Counted from the first letter of the whole stretch, positions 40,718 to 54,655 are shown. The stretch is DNA of 63,415 bases, filler included, from Collodictyon triciliatum (GCA_043381765.1; 8 parts of 8 records of this genome joined end to end with filler, not necessarily neighbours in it); one strand, 5' to 3'. Numbers and translations are program-made. The notes: generated from the letters alone by a model not told the origin.

Positions 40718-43700
40718 GATTATTATTATTATTATTATTCCGCTATCCAAAAAAAAATCAGAACATTTAATTTCATTATCTAACTTAAGCCTAATTAAAT
40801 CCCACTTCTTAACTTTTTAGATGCTAGAAGATCGGTCCAGGGAAGAGTCAGTGATGTGGGTTGCACATATAATTTTTAGTAGTCATATTTTTTTCTTCTC
40901 ATAAGTATTCTCGCTATTGTTTAATTGATTTGATGGCCGCTTCGAAACTTCCCATCCAAATAATCTGCATGTATGAAAAGACGGCTGAAGGAGCAACTCC
41001 GGCGGTCACACATCACTCCAGCCGAAGGTGAATCAGCTCTCAGAATTGAGGGGACCATCGACAGAGAAATACAGGTTGGAGAATCTGTTCTCAACGATGT
41101 ATACATCCAAACCAACGAAATCATCACCATCGATCAAGAGCTTCAGTGGAATCCGGTAACATAACCTATTATCATTGATAATTTAATCATCTGTAGCTAC
41201 ATCAAATGCATTCCATAAGCTCTAAATGCAAGATGGATTTTCTTTGAGGCACTAGATAGCTCTTTGCTGATTCGAATTACCATGATATGTTTTTAATGTA
41301 GGAAACCACAAGAGTTGGTGTGCAAGTCGAAATCGTCTCAGAAAATTCATTGAGAAGCGCTACTCCTGAGAGAGAGGTTCACCTTACCTACTTTTAACTT
41401 TTTTTCAAAACCTTATTTCGCTATATATATATGTGACAGACTGACATTAAGATGTATTGAAATTAATTATTTTCGGACAGAGTATCAAAGAATATCAACT
41501 ATAGTGAGAAAGAAAAACAAAACAAAACAAAACAAAACAAAACAAAACAAAACAAAACAAAACAAAACAAAACAAAACAAAACAAAACAAAACAAAACAA
41601 AACAAAACAAAACAAAAAGAAAATCAACAGATGCTACTCCATTAGCAAAAATAAAAAATAAAATAAAAACTTATAGTGTAGCCCCAGATATAGAGTGTCA
41701 CTTTTCCTTCATTTCAAAGTCACCGAACCTGACTGCTTTTTCACAAACTCAATCAACCACTTTCACCATTCTAGATGCTTCTCTCAGAAAGTCGACCGTC
41801 GTCAATCAGCTCCAGGGCAGACTCTATCGTTAGTCTTTTGCGGGCCACGACTCCACCACCCATTAGCGGCCGTCCCTCATCTCGTGTCAGCGAAAAGCCG
41901 CACCTCGAGTCTCGGACCCAGAGCGAAACACCACTCCATCGGCCAAATTCTCTTTATGGCTTTTCCAAATACGATAATACTTCTCCTAATCGTCAAAAGG
42001 TAAGCTACATACTAAATGGAACTGAATCTTTCGTATTCCTTCATCATGCATGTATGCATGTTAATATATAAGAATAACAAATAAAAAAAAAAGGTCTATT
42101 TTATTATATATTCGGTGCCCTTCTACTCTCGTTAATTCACAACAACTAACGCTGACGATTTGATCTGCCATCGCCCTCAGACACCCACAGTTATCGAGCA
42201 TCAGTTGGACGTAGTTCGGGCATCCTCTCCTACTCTGGCGAACGAGACCGACGTGCTGTATACTCAAATATGGAGAAGCCCCACAGCCAGCGAGGAAAAC
42301 ATAGCTGCGATGATAGCATTGACTGAGAGAAGTGCTGAACAGCTCGACGAGTCTTCTAGAATGCAGTCCCCAATCCCACCTCCGCCAATCTTCGAAATGC
42401 CTGTTGTTGAGGTCTTTGACCAAACAGCACAAACAGATATCGCGGGAACGCACATCGACATTATGGTAGATGGATATTGGATTCCAGAGAGAGAGCGAGA
42501 GTCGAATCGCTACGTAAAAGAGCCGCTTATTCCGACCTTCATGGGTCTCAAAACAACAGGGTTCACAGTAAAGGTTTGTCGGAAGATTTCGTTCGTGTCG
42601 TATTTACCATCTATCACCTTTATCACCACCATGATTTTGTACATCTATGTCTGCTGTGTCTCTTCTCTCTTCTCTCTTCTCTCTTCTCTCTTCTCTCTTC
42701 TCTCTTCTCTCTTCTCTCTTCTCTCTTCTCTCTTCTCTCTTCTCTCTTCTCTCTTCTCTCTGTAATAGCAACCCATCCTTAATGAGTATATATAAATCCC
42801 AACAGCCTTTCAAAAGACCATTGCACAACTCCCCTGATATAAAGTCCCTCATTATGTTGGTCAGGACAACATTCTATGAACGCCGAAGAGCAACACAAGT
42901 TTGAATCCCTTTTTTTTTTTAAAATAATAATAATAATAATAATAATAAATTCTCCAGAAATAAACAAAAGAAACAATATAGAATAGAACGTAAGAGAAAA
43001 TCTGAAAAAAAAAATACAATTTCGAAAAAACAATTGTGAAAGCAAAGCAAAGACATAAAAAAGTAATATACTTATATATATGTAAAGCAAAAGAGTCAAA
43101 AAGTAACAGAAAAAGAAGTACAAATGTAAAAATAGTGTGACTTAATGAAATATTTAGAAAGAGGTGCATACCTATGTAATGAAAAAGATAGGGCTTAGAT
43201 TTAAATCTAGGCATCACAATCAACAACATTCACAACCTATGCAAGACACTTATCTTTTGGCGATATGATATATGTCGCCCACATCAATGTATTAAAAAAA
43301 AAAAGAAGTAACATTATGAGGTTTGTCTATTTCCTTCATTAGGCCCTTATAACAATCAACTGGCATATATTTCGAATGAAAATGTCCTTCAAGAAACAAG
43401 AGAAAAACATGATGGATTACATCGTTAAGCATAATAAACCTGAATATATGTATATATTCGACTTTGTTAAACGCCGATTCTACCTGGCTTATAAGGTAGG
43501 AACATATTAACTGAAGCATAAAAACGCCACGCCTCTAAATTGTGAGATAGTGGACATATAATGACTCATTTTCACATCTCGCCACCATATTGACACAGGC
43601 TTATTCAACTCGAAGACGCGAGCTAGTCCTTGAAAATGAAGCGCACTTGGACAACCTGATAACGTCCTGTGTATGCCTTACGAACATGGCAAACGAGCTT

Positions 43701-44553
43701 GCCAGCGGTTTGGTTTTGATTGCTTCATTTTTTAAGGCGTTGTATCGTATTGCCTCTCTAAATCATACAGCTTAAAGAAAAACAACCAAAAAGAAAAAAT
43801 AAAAAATAAGAAAAAAGAAGGGCTTAAGGAGCAACCTACTCTTGCTCATATGATTATTTAATTTATAGTATTATTAGTTTTAAAAAAAATGTGATGCCGA
43901 TTTCGCTCATTAGATGGATATATACTCAGCGTATGCTCGTTTATATTTATCATGTAGAAATGTCTCCAGCCAAGCGCTACCTTCTGGAGTTCTCTCGCCT
44001 TCCTCTCCAGCTTCAGGCGGAGGTGGGAAAATATACAAGAGAATTGCACATTGAAACAATCAACAAGTTAAAAAATACAAGCAAATAATAATAATAGTAA
44101 TAGTAGTAAAACTTTGAATCGAATAAAGGGAAAAAAAATAGTGATAGTAGTAATAAATAAAAGAAGAAGATTCGGAAATTATCTCTTATTTCATCCATTG
44201 TATCAATAATCACAACAACATTTTACTTTTTTTATGTTTCAGGTTCTCCGAGATATTCAGTTCTATCACAACTTCACACCCGAACCAAAAAGAGTCGTAC
44301 CTCAACCCCCGTTGCATTCACAATCGCGCCCTGGTCAGTGCACTTGAGTTTTCTTTTAGTTTTCTCTTTTTTCCTTCTTTTTTTTTTTTTTTTCCCTTCA
44401 CTCCCACTCACTCTCCTTCTTACATCTTTCATCTCTTTCATCAATTTTTTCTTTCCGCCTTGCTTGTACTCATCATCGCTATCGGTGACGCCCAATACCG
44501 GGCCGCTTCCGTTTGAGACAAGCCGGTACAACAGTCCACCACGAAAACCATGA
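40327..44553 (+). CDS. Uncharacterised multi-exon protein with a coiled-coil N-terminus and Ser/Pro-rich middle; 5' end probably incomplete
   Basis: Consistent + strand GT-AG exons: LDEQANKLSMLLD..EISRYEILIETLRKKLEQAE, 40970-41155, 41775-41999, 42160-42573 (IMVDGYWIPERER..EPLIPTFMGL), 43600-43707, 43959-44022 and 44243-44333. Confidence 0.65.
44111..44138 (+). mobile_element. Micro-element copy (ACTTTGAATCGAATAAAGGG-A8)
   Basis: 17-bp TSD AATAGT(A/G)ATAGTAGTAA at 44093-44109 and 44137-44153; intronic. Confidence 0.85.
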
Positions 44554-44949
44554 CTCAGCCCTGTCAGGTGTTTCCCTGACTCAGACTCACCAACCTCGCT
44601 TTCTCCCTTCTTATGTGCTGCACGCTCGAATCAGGCTCCTCGTTACCAAATGTCCGGAGCGCACAAGAACGGCCCAGCACTGCAAAATCCGGGACGCATT
44701 AAGTAGCTTTTGCGTGTACACACGCCTTGTGATGCAGTGTCCTCATTTCATAAAAGAAAAGAAAAGACAGCCATAGTTGTGTGCTGAACTCATCTTGTTC
44801 TTGTAATGAAATATTGAGAAAAAGTAATATTTGTTCGTGTTATTGTCTTTACTTGCAAAAATCATGTACATCGACCATAGGACTATGGCACGTAATCACC
44901 TCACTTCATGTTTTATTTATTTATTTATCTATAGCGTGGGCACACTGGT

Positions 44950-45480
44950 GTCAATCCGATTCCTTTAGATAATTAGTCTAGTATTCGAATTATTTTTTTT
45001 TATTTAACCATATTTTATTTTTGCTTAGGACGCTAAACATAATAATACTTTGCGTGGTTGTAATTCAAATATGTGTGTATGTCTGTTACCCAATCCGTCG
45101 ATATAAAGGTTTGTATATCGCATTCCATCACCAAGGCTCTATGCTCCTCCAAGACAGCCTTCGATGTGACGAATCGCATACGGTTTACAAACTGCTCAAG
45201 GTCAGCCACTATAAGTGTGTGAATGGATACATGAGTGAGAGAAGAGAAAGCCCATCGCGCTGGTGCAGCATATACGCAAACTACGCTCTGCGGGATACAA
45301 TTCCTGTGGCTCTGCTTCTTTGTCGCGTGTAGGCCGATGGGCATATGAAAGAAAGAAGGCAGGAAGAGAAGCAGAAAAAAGGAGGAGGAGTAAAAGAAAA
45401 GAAAAGAAAAGCGCTGTCACACTTTGCAGGCCATACCATTTCCGGAGAGTGCCATCAAAGAGTCTGATGCTGGCGGACAT
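44950..45480 (-). CDS. Putative small spliced hypothetical protein (~80-90 aa)
   Basis: MSASIRLFDGTLRKW followed by a GT donor. Exon DLEQFVNRMRFVTSKAVLEEHRALVMECDIQTFISTDW is flanked by AG/GT, with a possible terminal ESD-TGA. Confidence 0.4.
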
Positions 45481-45858
45481 CAGCCCATATGCATTATCAT
45501 TTTAGATGGCAGTATGATGTTAGTTATTTTATACTTTTGGTACATATTGAATCCATATCAAAGAAAAATAAATATTCTTTAGTCGCAGCTGTAAGTTGCA
45601 ATTACAGTACAAGACTTAAAAAAGACTATTAAAAAAAAAAACCGTACGATAGTAATATCAAATCCAAATCCAAATCCAAATCCAAATCCAAATCCAAATC
45701 CAAATCCAAATCCAAATCCAAATCCAAATCCAAATCCAAAACCAAAATATAAACACAAGCACAAACATTTATATGGAGAGTATATATTTTAAAAATACTA
45801 GGTAATTATCATGTAAGAGGGTTTACATCAATATATATATATAAAGGGCTTGTGCTAC

Positions 45859-48800
45859 TTAAAACCAACCTTTCACCGGGACGAGGACGGAAGTGCTTTC
45901 CTGGTGTCTATTTGGTTGAATAGTGGCGCTCAAGGGATGAACCACAATTTCTGTGTTCACTGGAATGTCTATGATAATATCCAAGAGGCGGGGATAAGTG
46001 TTGCTTAGTTTCTATCTGACGCAAAGGAAATTGAAAGAGAAACGAAACGAAACGGAAAAAAAAAAAAAAAAAGAAAAACTAATGGTGTAAAAGGAATCTT
46101 TATTATGCAATTTCCATACAAGCAACAAATTTATATTTCGAGGTTGTAAAATAGAAAAATAAATGAGTGAGTGACATAAGCTGTAATTGTATTTCGAGGT
46201 GCATACAAATCGGTCGTGTGTTGAATAAATTACCTTGCTTAGTGTCTGTGATAATGTCGGCTGATTCGTAAATCCTTCATTCGTATATAAAATGTCTATT
46301 AGTTTCCACTTGTGCTCTGGAGTTCACATACGGTAACTCAACTAATTTTTTAATTCATAGAACAAAATAAGCCAACAAAAATAAAAGATAGGAAAAGTCG
46401 ATTACATTTCTATAATGGTATTTTTCGGGGCAGGCTGAGCCACAGCGATTTCTTGACTAGTTTGTGGGGCCGGCGAGGGCACAGGTGTTCTTGTTCCTTA
46501 CAGAAATCGCATGGATATGATTATGATTATTATACGTGATGGCGAAAAAGGAAAAAGAAAAAAGAAAAAAGAAAAAAGAAAAAAGAAAAAAGAAAAAAGA
46601 AAAAAGAAAAAAGAAAAAAGAAAAAAGAAAAGAAGAAAAAGAAATGGATAAATGGGCAAATGAAACAAAGTATGTATTATCACAGAGCTAACAAAGACTG
46701 CTTTTTTATATAACCAAGATGTATAAACAAGTGAAAATTGACACACATGCGTCTGTGTGTAAAATGATTTGGATAATACTCGATCTCATAACAGCCGACA
46801 TTCTTGTGGCTATCTGTGGAGTTGTTGGAGCGCAGACGGGTTGGCTTACTGGGGGACTCTGCCGATTCAGAGGCGGCGGGGCTTCTAACCGGGGGAGGGA
46901 TGGCATCAAAGGAGGCTGCGCTTGTTCTTGTCCTACTGCGTTTGGTGTTTTTAGTGCTGGTTGAGAACATGAAATGATTTTGTATTATTTTTGCATTATA
47001 TTCGCATTCAGAATACATCACCAACACTTTATCATGCGCCCCTAATACATACTGGTGGACATATATTGATATACACAAAGCATAATGCATTGTCAATATT
47101 ACATAGTTATAAACACCATAATTAAATAAGCTGCGGTCTCGAAAAGAGCAGTTTGTGGGAATATGATGGACAAGAAAAAAAAGAAAAAAAAGGAGAAAAA
47201 TAACTAGACATTCATTCGCAGTGATGGATTCGTGTTCTTTACCACATATGTTTCCTGATACTTGGGGTGCCTTCTTAATCATTTATTTTTGAAATGAAAA
47301 GCCTTAGTAAGGGATAAGCACAAATAAAGTCTTTGCATACCATGGAAATAATCCTACATAAACATTAAAATATAACTGAATATTTAACAGAAATTTGAAA
47401 ATTACATGTAACCTATCAGGGACAATTGGTGGTATGCTTTGTCCATACTGTAACTGCAATGAGACAAATGGGAATGATTATTAGGTGCGCTGGGATTAAA
47501 TTTTGTTACATAATACCGACAAGAGCATGAGAAAGGCAAAGGTACGTTTGACTATTATTATTTAATATTATTATTCAATTTCCTTTATAATTATAATCAT
47601 GTATTTTTATTTTTTTTTTGTAAAAGGTAGAAAATCATATATGCTTTCTATATGTGTAAAGTTGGATATAATTTACCAATTGTGGATTAGCAGGTGCCAT
47701 TCTAAGGGATGCGTCTAATCGATGCCTTTTTGGCCTTTCTGGATTGTCTGTGTTCAAAAATGGTGGAGCATCGAGGTTGTAATTCATTTTCTCTGGTCTT
47801 GAGTGTATAAATAATAGCATTCTTTTCCAGTTAGGAGATTGATATACTACGATGTGATTCTTCCAATGTCAATTCAATAAAATGAATATAATAGCTATTG
47901 ATAAGTATATGTGATAAACGCATACACAGGGGACGATTTCAGCAAAATGTCGTGGCATTCAAGATCAATGTCCTGTGCCATATAAACTCATTTGAGATAT
48001 GCGGTGCAAGGAAACGCGATTGAAATGTTACAACAATAATCAAACAATCAAAACAAGCAAAAATAAAAAAGAATCATAAATAATGTGAAATAGCGACAAC
48101 CATTCAAATGCTATTCGTGGAGGGATTGAGTAAATATAACTATGCCAAGAAAAATGATTTGCTTTATGGAATTATTAACCTACCTCTGGTACACTGCACT
48201 TGTTGCGTAATCGGTCAGGATTTTTGTGGCAAGTCCTACAATATACGCATTATTTATTCTAGTGAATGCCAAAAAGTAAGCAAAGCTGAAAAAACATCAG
48301 TCATTCCTATTTATCTATGCTAATTGCATTCATGGGTTATATATTTATCCTAACCATATGGCCTTCGGGTCGTCAGGGATTGCATGCTTGCCGATATTTC
48401 TCCATTTGCCACACGAATCGCACATAACCCAGTTGTCGACTTCAAATCTTTCAATCAGTAAAAAGATGTTTGAATATTATTATGATTATGATTTTTTTTT
48501 TTTGGAAAATCATGGTTCAATCATACTATTAATAGAGCACACAAGGTGTATTTTCACCAACATTATTAACTTTTCACGAGGCGAAAGAAAAAAATATAGT
48601 ATTATCAACAATCCTTTTAATGCAAATCAAAAGTGGTTGATATTCATAATTATTGAAAAAAAGAAGAAAATGGGTGATTATTATTCAGCATAATTAAAAA
48701 TAAATACTCTATTATTTTAGGGGCGATTTCAAAGAATTGGTCCCTAATCAAATATTTGGACAGTTGCAAGTATTTAGACCAGTGATGCGATTTATTTATT

Positions 48801-51800
48801 TATTTATGAAAAATATGTTCGGCCTATTATTCGAACATACAGTGAACGTACCAGTATTTCTTTAGATTTTTTGTAATATTCAATTTAACCCTGGTATATT
48901 CCTGATCATCCTGAAAGTCTGGTTCATGACATTGATGTAAGTAATAGTAATAGTAATAGTAATAGTAATAGTAATAGTAATAGTAATAGTAATAGTAATA
49001 GTAATAGTAATAGTAATAGTAATAGTAATAGTAATAATAACAACATACCTTGCTTATGAGACAATGGGGTAAGAAAACTAAGTCTAACAATAACTCCGAC
49101 ATTATCAGCCTGCACGATGAGTACAATTATAGATATATTACTCTCTTAATTTCTTCATTCTTATTTTATTTGTTTGTTTTTAAAAAGATATAGATCCAAT
49201 GCGTTCATTTCAGGACAGAAGGTTATCTCTACCTTCGGATTTTCATTTTGATGGTAACCTATCCTTAGATTTCGCTTGATAAGTCTGTTGTTGTAATATA
49301 TAAAAGTTCCAAAGCATCCCTTTTTATTTCCCATTCCAATCGTGATGGTGTTTACATTGGACTAAATGTAAAATGTTTAATTTTACGTGGATGTTTATGG
49401 GAATATATTTAAATAATGTATGATAAAATTTATAAGCATTTTTAAATTTCATCATAGTCAAAGCAATGAATGTCATAAAGTGTTAATAAAATCATACACT
49501 GATAAATTAATTTTTTTTTTAAAAAAAATAATAATGGAAGCTCACAAGGTTCCGATTTGGCACGTGGTCTTTGGGAGGTCTAATTTTATAGCTTCTGATG
49601 TTGGTAAAAAAGAAAGGATGCTTAGGCTGAGAGACAAGTTTCTTTCCTATGATGATTTTTTTCTTCCGGTCCAAGTAGAGATGCTGGCAATAAGCCTGAT
49701 TCGCAATAGTAACAGGGTATTAATTTAATTGTAAATTAAAAATATGAACCAATAATTTACTCATGACTCTTTTTCATTTTCGGAATGCATAAGAATGAGA
49801 GACATAAAACTGATTCAGCTCACTCTTAAACTGTAGTCCATTCTATCATAATCATTTTTTGAGTGCTCATCATTCTCATTCTGGAATACACCACAAAAAA
49901 TAGATAAGTTTCACAACGTAAAATTCCAAAAGTCTAAATTGATATGTATGCTATCAATCCTTAGTAGGAAATTGCAAAAATAAAAATAAAAATAAAATAA
50001 TTATTTATACTTTCTTCATCATGCGCTTGCTATAATTTTTGAAACTAAAGAAAGAAAGAGAAAAGAGACAATAGCTAAACCTTAATTTGTATGTCATTTT
50101 CCGAATCCATAAATATAAGCTCTTGAGACCCATCAATTTTTCGTAAGTTCCAAATGACAATCAGTGTCCCAGTTGTTTCGATCGTATCCCAGTGGTCTTC
50201 AATTCTAAGAGAAATGCTAATTTAGACGAAGTGGACAGTAAAGCGTGATAATAGTATATAACGTAGATTAAAACAAAATATATAATTATCAAATAAGGAA
50301 CATACACCCTGGACGGCATTTGTGTATAAGATTCTATTTCTTTTCTATTAATGCTACTGTTGGGATGCACATTCTCATATGTTCCATCTGGAATACGAGA
50401 AAAATTACTCACAGGCAAAATTGCAATGGGCTCTCTGGATAAATTAGGGTATGAGGAAGGTAGGAAATATAGGGATTCAGTTTTCCATCTTCCAAATATC
50501 TTAACAGTGATGCTAAGTGTTATAAAGACTTATAAAGAGAAACAAAATGAAGCAGGTTACCTTTTTTTGGGACTTGTGATAAAATAGGAGTAAAAACAGC
50601 ATCATGATTTCTGTACTTGTGATATCCTTTGGACAACATTCCAACACTTCTCGAGGTATTTGTCTTTGTAAATACCAAAACATCATCTGCAATTCTCATT
50701 GTTCCAACTTTGAATCCTGTACGAATAGAGAAGAAAGGGAAAGCAGTTATGCGAAAGTATTTATTCTAGAAATCGTGCTGCACTGAAGAAATGAATATTT
50801 ATTTTATTCATTTAATAAAGGTAGTAATAGTAATAGTAATAGTAATAGTAATAGTAATAGTAATAGTAATAGTAATAGTAATAGTAATAGTAATAGTAAT
50901 AGTAATAGTAATAGTAATNNNNNNNNNNNNNNNNNNNNNNNNNNNNNNNNNNNNNNNNNNNNNNNNNNNNNNNNNNNNNNNNNNNNNNNNNNNNNNNNNN
51001 NNNNNNNNNNNNNNNNNNTAATAGTAATAGTAATAGTAATAGTAATAGTAATAGTAATAGTAATAGTAATAGTAATAGTAATAGTAATAGTAATAGTAAT
51101 AGTAATAGTAATAGTAATAGTAATAGTAATAGTAATAGTCATGATGATAATATAGTAACAATATCTTATTCAATCAAGAGATATCATATATTGCATTATG
51201 AGTTATTCACACACCAAAATGTTATATTAAAATATATAAAAACTTTCTCATTAAAAAATACCAACTCCGTATCGACCTATCGCGGGTTCGTTTGAGTCTG
51301 TGATTAACCTCTATCCCCGGAATGAATCATAAATAAGTTTATTATATACTGCTCTCACGTTCAAAAAATTATTGAGTACATATTTCTAGTAAGTATTAAG
51401 TGGTTTGCCGTAATAAATTATTTATTCACAGACGAATATTGAGCACGCTGAATATATAATAAATTAATGAGGGGATCGAAGAAATACCTTTGTACTGTAT
51501 CCATGATTAAACATATCTTGGAATAAATTTGGCTCCATTCCGCTTCCATCATCCAAAATCTTTAAGTATGCCATTCGGTCTTTTTGTTCCCACGTAATAG
51601 AGATACTTGAAGCATCACAATCAGGATCAAATGCATTATCTTCGATAATTAGGCAAGTGATTGGGTTAATTGGATAATATTAAAAGATTGAGGAGGAATT
51701 ATTTCCATCAAAAGTTGCAATTGTGGACTGAAGATTTTCTACCTATTAACTCAGCAAAAGCGCCAAAAACATATGGGCAGTGGCGAGTGGAATCCTCCAG

Positions 51801-52063
51801 AGATTGCGGATGAATCTTTTAAGAGGGCGAGGTAAAATACCAAATGTGTTAGAAAATGAACAATTGGAGTACGTGTTTAACATAGAGGGGAAAAAATGCA
51901 CTTACATGAGAATAAACAAAAATAAATGTGCACTAGCAAAAGGTAAGAGTTATATGAAATTTAAGTTCAGGACAAAAATAAAGAAAGAAAACAACAAGGA
52001 AACCTTGCATTGATGAAGCCATGCTCGACTCACAAAGGACGGTCCGCTCTGGGAAGTCATCAT
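45859..52063 (-). CDS. MORC family GHKL ATPase with CW-type zinc finger (MORC3/4-like architecture)
   Basis: GHKL motifs FGAFAELID|NAFD, ILDDGSGM, IGRYGVG|FKVGTMRIADDVLVFTK. S5-domain-like exons YFHYNNRL and VGVIVRLSFLTPLSHKQ. CW finger DNWVMCDSCGKWR...W|TCHKNPDRLRNKCSVPE (~48185-48450). Confidence 0.92.
50822..51138. repeat. Intronic (GTAATA)n spanning a gap; also at 48940-49036
   Basis: Read directly. Confidence 0.95.
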
Positions 52064-52244
52064 ACAAACTATATTGTTCGTGTGATGAGAGTCATTAGTG
52101 CTGCGTATTCCACTATTTCTTTGACCCAACGAGGTCCCTACGAAAAATAACAAGAAGAACAAGAAGAACAAGAAGAACAAGAAGAACAAGAAGAACAAGA
52201 AGAACAAGAAGAACAAGAAGAACAAGAAGAACAAGAAGAACAAG

Positions 52245-52304
52245 AACGAAGCCAACATCCCCACGGTCCTGAACAAAATTGAAAGGAAGAATAAAAAAAA
52301 AAAA
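52245..52304 (+). mobile_element. 5'-truncated non-LTR retroelement 3' end (family 2)
   Basis: AAGCCAACATCCCCACGGTCCTGAACAAAATTGAAAGGAAGAAT-A12 embedded in AAGAAC-type repeats. Confidence 0.75.
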
Positions 52305-52362
52305 CAAGAACAAGAAGAACAAGAACAAGAAGAATAACAAGAAGAAGAAGAAGAAGAAGAAG

Positions 52363-52397
<35 letters not shown>

Positions 52398-52488
52398 GAA
52401 GAAATGGGGTGGCAGTACATTTCATGGGATAATAGTATTGACATAGAATTAAATGAGGATGTACATATCTGTGTTACAAATAAATAAC

Positions 52489-52514
52489 TTCTTTTTCCTT
52501 TATTCGATTCAAAG
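52489..52514 (-). mobile_element. Micro-element copy
   Basis: TTCTTTTTCCTTTATTCGATTCAAAG flanked by ACAAATAAA at 52476-52484 and 52515-52523. Confidence 0.75.
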
Positions 52515-53435
52515 ACAAATAAACCAATTTGAAAGTGTAATCACACGTTGCTTTCGTTATTCTTACGTTGGACTCGCTCAGAGAAAAATAATACTATTGA
52601 AGCCTCCTTTGCACACCGCTGTTGTGACGAGTTTTTAAATAAATATATGCATATATATATATATATATCTTCAGAAATACCCTTTAAGAAAATGAGAATG
52701 AAAAATGAAAAATGAAAAATGAAAAATGAAAAATGAAAAATGAAAAATGAAAAATGAAAAATGAAAAATGAAAAATGAAATGGAAAAGAGAAAAAGAGAA
52801 AAAGAGAAAAGAGAAAAAGAGAAAAGGGAATAGGAAAGAAAATGGGAGCAGGTTACCCGCGTCTTACGGCGGAATTTCTTGGACTCTTGAATTCAACATT
52901 TGAAATTTTGAAAGACGAGGCGCGTATATAAAAGGATTATCGGGACGGGACATTTTGTCCCGAGGGCGCAGCACCACGCGATTCACAAAAGGCAGAGACA
53001 CAGGTTTGTGATACGGTTTGGCAGGTGCCAACTGCGTTTGCGAGAGCATCTCACAGAGGTGGGATGATGCTGCGGTATATGTCTTTATCAAGGATATGAG
53101 CTGGCTCTTGTGTGCTGGTATATATCATTCATGCAAATATGGATGAAAAGCACGATACGAATCCATGAATGGAGGAGTAAACGCATAAAAATATGCATAA
53201 ATATATAATTTGGCAACTGAACCATAATTTATAACATCACTGAACAAATATCAATAGGATGTTTCTTTATTTACAGACACACATCGGCATCGATAATAAT
53301 AGTTGGCATTGATGGATTATTATATTTTTTGATAAAAAGAAAGAAAGAAAGAAAGGCATATGGGCGGACTGTGGGGGACAAAGGAGTGAGACACCGAAAA
53401 AGAAAAAAAGACAAATGCTTCTTTGCCTAGAGAGA

Positions 53436-53570
53436 TTAAAATTTGGAGATGTAAGGAGCAAGTTCCTTGATAAGAAAATCCATCTTGAGATCTGCTGAGG
53501 ATGTGTCGAAAATTTCCAATGATGTTGGAGTCATGGACGAATAAATTGCCAACACCTGATTTTAATTCCA

Positions 53571-53667
<97 letters not shown>

Positions 53668-54655
53668 AACTATTATGGTTAGCATTGGTGTTATTAAAAA
53701 AATCTTATCAACATATGTCCAATTATATATATATATGATTATAGTTACTAGGTATGTGGTATTCAAAATAAAGAGAAGGTAAAGTAAGATGTAGATCGAT
53801 TTGTTCAAATTTATGTGATTAGTGCTTCTGTGATGCCACCGATATTGTCAGTACTTTATCACCAATATCGTAGCAGGAAAATAGGCTCTCTACGCCGCGT
53901 ATGTGCATAGCAGGTATCTCAGCGTCTAGTTGTGTCCCTGTGTAGTCATAGTCACACAACCACTGCTTGGGTACTTGAATGCTGAAATTACAAATGTATA
54001 CTACCGCCATTATGGCACCATGTAAAAGAGTATATTATAAAAGTAACCTAGATGGATGCTGCTACGTTTGAGCGAGCTCACTAGGCTCACAACTTCCAGC
54101 ATGTTTAAGTCCTTGGAAGAGTGATGCATACTGCACAAGCACGACCGTGCCGATACGACATTAGATGTGAGCAACAAATGCAACCCCGCCTTATGCGGTT
54201 CGACAAAGAATAAATATATATCTCAGAGATGAAAAAAATAAGAGAAAGAGAAGCTGCCTTTGAATCGATTAAAGAGATGGAGAGTAAANNNNNNNNNNNN
54301 NNNNNNNNNNNNNNNNNNNNNNNNNNNNNNNNNNNNNNNNNNNNNNNNNNNNNNNNNNNNNNNNNNNNNNNNNNNNNNNNNNNNNNNNNNNNNNNNNNNN
54401 NNNNNNNNNNAAAAAAAGGAGCAACAGAAGCTGGAAGTTTGAAAAAAGAATCATTCGTGAGGACTACCCCCAGCATGAGAGAAAGTACATGAGTTCTCCG
54501 CGTGGGTTGATCAGGCAGGCAGAGACAACCGCGGGAAAGATGGCCTTGACAGATCGAAGCTTCTGATCCACAGCCTGCAGAGTTTCAGGGGGAATCGCAG
54601 GCGCACTTCGGCAGCACGAGATCGCATCCATCACACGAGCGCAACCAAGGCTCAT
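53436..54655 (-). CDS. Small (~150 aa) protein with a roadblock/LAMTOR/profilin-like secondary-structure pattern and Cys-rich N-terminus (4 exons)
   Basis: Spliced in frame: MSLGCARVMDAISCC...VDQKLRSVKAIFPAVVSACLINPRGEL|IMHHSS..LVSSLKRSSIHLG|TQLDAEIPAMHIRGVESLFSCYDIGDK|VLAIYSS...LIKELAPYISKF-TAA. The fold assignment is inference. Confidence 0.65.
53571..53663. repeat. Intronic (ATT)n; also (AAT)n at 20045-20146 and 31628-31725
   Basis: Read directly. Confidence 0.95.
54258..54274 (+). mobile_element. Degenerate micro-element copy
   Basis: CTTTGAATCGATTAAAG, a 16/17 match to the core; intronic. Confidence 0.4.

Noticed and set aside
44640-44780. Possible SECIS hairpin downstream of the small gene's TGA
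   Set aside because: The stem (CACTGCA/TGCAGTG) has an over-long loop and lacks the 3' GA of the kink-turn quartet.
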